Of a stretch of DNA of 34,698 nt, positions 32,568-34,698 are shown one piece after another. Origin of the DNA: a virus; IMG/VR virus record IMGVR_UViG_3300019854_000008, positions 1 through 34,698 of that record; one strand, given 5' to 3'. Within the stretch, counting starts at the first letter, position 1. Each line of letters begins with the position of its first letter. The translations under genes were made by a program, and so were the position numbers. The notes beneath the pieces were generated by a model that saw only the letters and a program-made list of their open reading frames with translations, had not been told where the DNA came from and made no database searches.

Positions 32568-34698
32568 TCATCTTCCCATCATCCGGTTCGCGGTGACGAT
32601 ACGCCCGTCAGCGACGGACTTCATCCTGGTAGTCAGGGTAGTCTGCCCGTCCACGGTGAGCTCCAGGTTCATCCCGTCCATGGCCTTGCGTAGCTGCTTC
32701 ACGGACACGCCGCCGACTCCGGCGATGGTCGGAGCGGAAGCGCCAGCGGCGCCACCGTCGGCGAAACGCCGGGCGTCCATATACTGACGGATCTCACCGT
32801 CGCGGATCATCTTCCGCAACCGGTACACGGCATCCTGCCCGCCGGCCGCGATCACCTCAGCGGCAGTGAGAACATGCTCGCCGTTGGAAAGCCACGCCGG
32901 GATCCAGTCATCCTTCGGACCGCCCGGGCCATACACCGCCCCGGCGTTCGCGTACCCCTTGATCGGGGTGATCGGCCCGCCCTCGGAACGCAGCCAGGAG
33001 CCCTTCGGCACGTGGTCGCCGATCCAGTGGCCGACGGACGTGAAGATCTGCTTGATCCTGGTAGTAATCGAGATTTCCTTGTCGTGCAGCTGGTCAATGT
33101 TGTACTTGACGGTGCGGACCTTCCCGGACGCCTGGTCGTTGCCGGAAATGGTGACCGTGCCGGTCGTGTTATCGATCTCGGTGTGGACCGAGTCTTTCTC
33201 CCAGCGTGCGCCGGTCGCGTCACCGAGGATGGACACGGTGCCATCTGAATTGTCGATCGTTTGCACGGTCTCCTGCAGGCCGGCCAGACCCTGGTCGTTA
33301 TCCGCGTCGATCTCAACGACGCCCGTCGTGCCGTTGATCGAGTCGGCGGTTACGGTGAGCGTGTAGTCGGCGTTAGCGGCGTCACCGGAAATAGAGATCG
33401 TCCCCGTCATCCCGTCGATCTCGGCGGTCGCGCCGTTCGCCGCCTCGGTCGCCTGACTCGTGTCGGCGGTGACTTCGGTCGTCACCTTCTCCGGGATCAG
33501 GCCGTACTTGTCGGCAAGCTCCACCGCCTCGTCTTCCGTGAGCCCCATCGACTCGGCGGCGGAAATGAACGCGTCCCGGCCGGTCTGCATCTTCTCTTGC
33601 AGCTCATCCTGGCCCGCACCGGCGGCCTGCGCCGCCTGAACCTGGGCGAACGTAGCGGACGCCAGGTCATTCAATGCGGACTGGTTCTTCCGCCCCTTCT
33701 CTGTGGTGATATCCAACGTGGCGCCGTTCTCGCGGACGGCGTCGTTAACGTTCTTCAGCGCCTCCTGGAACTTGATGTCGGCGTTCGAGTTGGCGATCAC
33801 AGTGTCGCCGTAAGTCTTGATGCCTTTGACGACCTCCTCCAGAGACGGGACGATCTGGTCCGTCCCCTCCTTGGCTTTACGGATCGCCGCGTCTAGCTGT
33901 GACGTACCGCCGGCCGCCTGCTGAGCATTCGGGTCGATCTGGCCGAGCGCCAACGCCAGGCGAGTGTTGTCGTCCGCTGTCAGGCCCGCCTGCTTCGCCA
34001 CCTCATTCAAGTGCGCCTTATAGTCCGGCATCGAGTTGATCAGGTCGATCATTGACTTATTCGTCCCGTTAGTCATCTCGGACGCCAGCTGCTTGAACGC
34101 CGACACCGCCTGGTCGGTCGACAGACCGCTCAGGGCTTTCCCTGTCGTCTCCAAAGCATCCTTGGTGCGCTGAAGATCGGAGCGCGTGTCTGCCCCGAAC
34201 GCGCCGGTGATCCCATCCACGAAAGAGGCCACGTGCTGCTCGATACCGTTCCATACGCCGGGGCGGCTAATGTCAGCCAGCGCCTGCGAGTATTCCTGAA
34301 TCGAGTACTTGCCGCGATCAAAGTCCAGGTTGTTCAGCACGGACCCGCCATGTTCGAGGACGGTTGTCATCTCGTCAACGGACACGCCGGTGCGGCGAAC
34401 CGTGTCGCCGTAGTGCTTCACGCCCTCAATCATTGCGGCGGTGATCATCATCCGCCCAGCCCGTCCGAAAGCGGTCATGCCGGTCGCGACCTCCGCGAGT
34501 TTGCCTTTCACGCCGGCAGCAGTCCAGTTCAAAGTGGTCATCGCGTCGCGGATCTCTACGATCTTCGGGGCCATCACCATGAGGCCGCCGACCGCGGTGA
34601 GTGCCGCCCCGCCGAACGCGGTGAAGTTGAAGATCATCGACTGGGTGCCAGACCCGAGCTCGCCAAGCTTGTCGACCAGCGACGTGATGTGCTGGACG
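32568..34698 (-). CDS. Tape measure protein, C-terminal part (continuation of 1..1283)
   Basis: ORF track 32568..34637, with the frame open to the window end. It has the conserved C-terminal motif GGPKDDWIPAWLSNGEHVLTAAEV. It also has four ~25-aa tandem repeats (IDGMTGTISISGDA, INGTTGVVEIDADN, DNSDGTVSILGDA, IDNTTGTVTISGND). It is the longest gene of the tail module. Confidence 0.9.
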   Translation of the reverse strand, partial: VQHITSLVDKLGELGSGTQSMIFNFTAFGGAALTAVGGLMVMAPKIVEIRDAMTTLNWTAAGVKGKLAEVATGMTAFGRAGRMMITAAMIEGVKHYGDTVRRTGVSVDEMTTVLEHGGSVLNNLDFDRGKYSIQEYSQALADISRPGVWNGIEQHVASFVDGITGAFGADTRSDLQRTKDALETTGKALSGLSTDQAVSAFKQLASEMTNGTNKSMIDLINSMPDYKAHLNEVAKQAGLTADDNTRLALALGQIDPNAQQAAGGTSQLDAAIRKAKEGTDQIVPSLEEVVKGIKTYGDTVIANSNADIKFQEALKNVNDAVRENGATLDITTEKGRKNQSALNDLASATFAQVQAAQAAGAGQDELQEKMQTGRDAFISAAESMGLTEDEAVELADKYGLIPEKVTTEVTADTSQATEAANGATAEIDGMTGTISISGDAANADYTLTVTADSINGTTGVVEIDADNDQGLAGLQETVQTIDNSDGTVSILGDATGARWEKDSVHTEIDNTTGTVTISGNDQASGKVRTVKYNIDQLHDKEISITTRIKQIFTSVGHWIGDHVPKGSWLRSEGGPITPIKGYANAGAVYGPGGPKDDWIPAWLSNGEHVLTAAEVIAAGGQDAVYRLRKMIRDGEIRQYMDARRFADGGAAGASAPTIAGVGGVSVKQLRKAMDGMNLELTVDGQTTLTTRMKSVADGRIVTANRMMGR
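34600..34698. repeat. Terminal duplication, copy 2 (identical to 1-99)
   Basis: Same 99-nt string as positions 1-99. The implied unit genome length is 34,599 bp. Confidence 0.95.

Noticed and set aside
1-34698. Looked for integrase, CI/Cro-type repressor, partition genes, tRNAs, primase and DNA polymerase.
   Set aside because: No ORF shows the relevant catalytic or HTH-repressor motifs. I found no tRNA-like T-arm (GGTTCGAAT-type) sequence. A motif search by eye cannot fully prove absence.

Overview
The window is a complete, circularly closed phage genome. Bases 1-99 recur exactly at 34600-34698, giving a unit length of 34,599 bp, and the cut point falls inside the tape measure gene. It is a high-GC (roughly mid-60s % by eye) siphovirus-type tailed phage, most likely of an actinobacterium. 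The evidence for that host is the GAAAGGA/GGAGG Shine-Dalgarno usage, U-tract-less GC-rich hairpin terminators and the gene content.

Two divergent arms leave a ~430-bp control region (16155-16583) and converge at ~24124-24258.

- Minus arm, reading 16154 -> 1, then wrapping 34599 -> 24124: wHTH replication protein, DnaB-type helicase, small membrane protein, a non-coding DnaA-box cluster, HNH endonuclease, endolysin plus holin-like protein, TerS, TerL, portal, MuF-like protein, scaffold, major capsid, four connector/neck proteins, major tail protein with an Ig-like C-terminus, G/G-T tail chaperones with a -1 frameshift, tape measure, four tail-tip/fibre proteins, a clan GH-A (GH5-like) glycosidase and a membrane-anchored coiled-coil protein.
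- Plus arm (16584-24258): a membrane protein, a run of small unknown proteins, RecT, an HTH protein, dUTPase with a C-terminal extension, a DUF3310-like protein, a PD-(D/E)xK resolvase-like nuclease, SSB, NrdH-like redoxin, a metallophosphoesterase, and a terminal mini-operon of four small genes.

I found no integrase, repressor, primase, DNA polymerase, tRNA or CRISPR array.

The observations most worth follow-up are:
1. An oriC-like pair of opposed DnaA-box arrays (13362-13526).
2. An almost A-free T/G simple-sequence tract (12745-12860).
3. A near-consensus early promoter with a perfect 16-bp palindrome in its spacer.
4. A possible paralogous family of ~95-aa early proteins.
5. Two spatially separate lysin-plus-membrane-protein modules.

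All functional calls come from motif recognition by eye. No database search was run.
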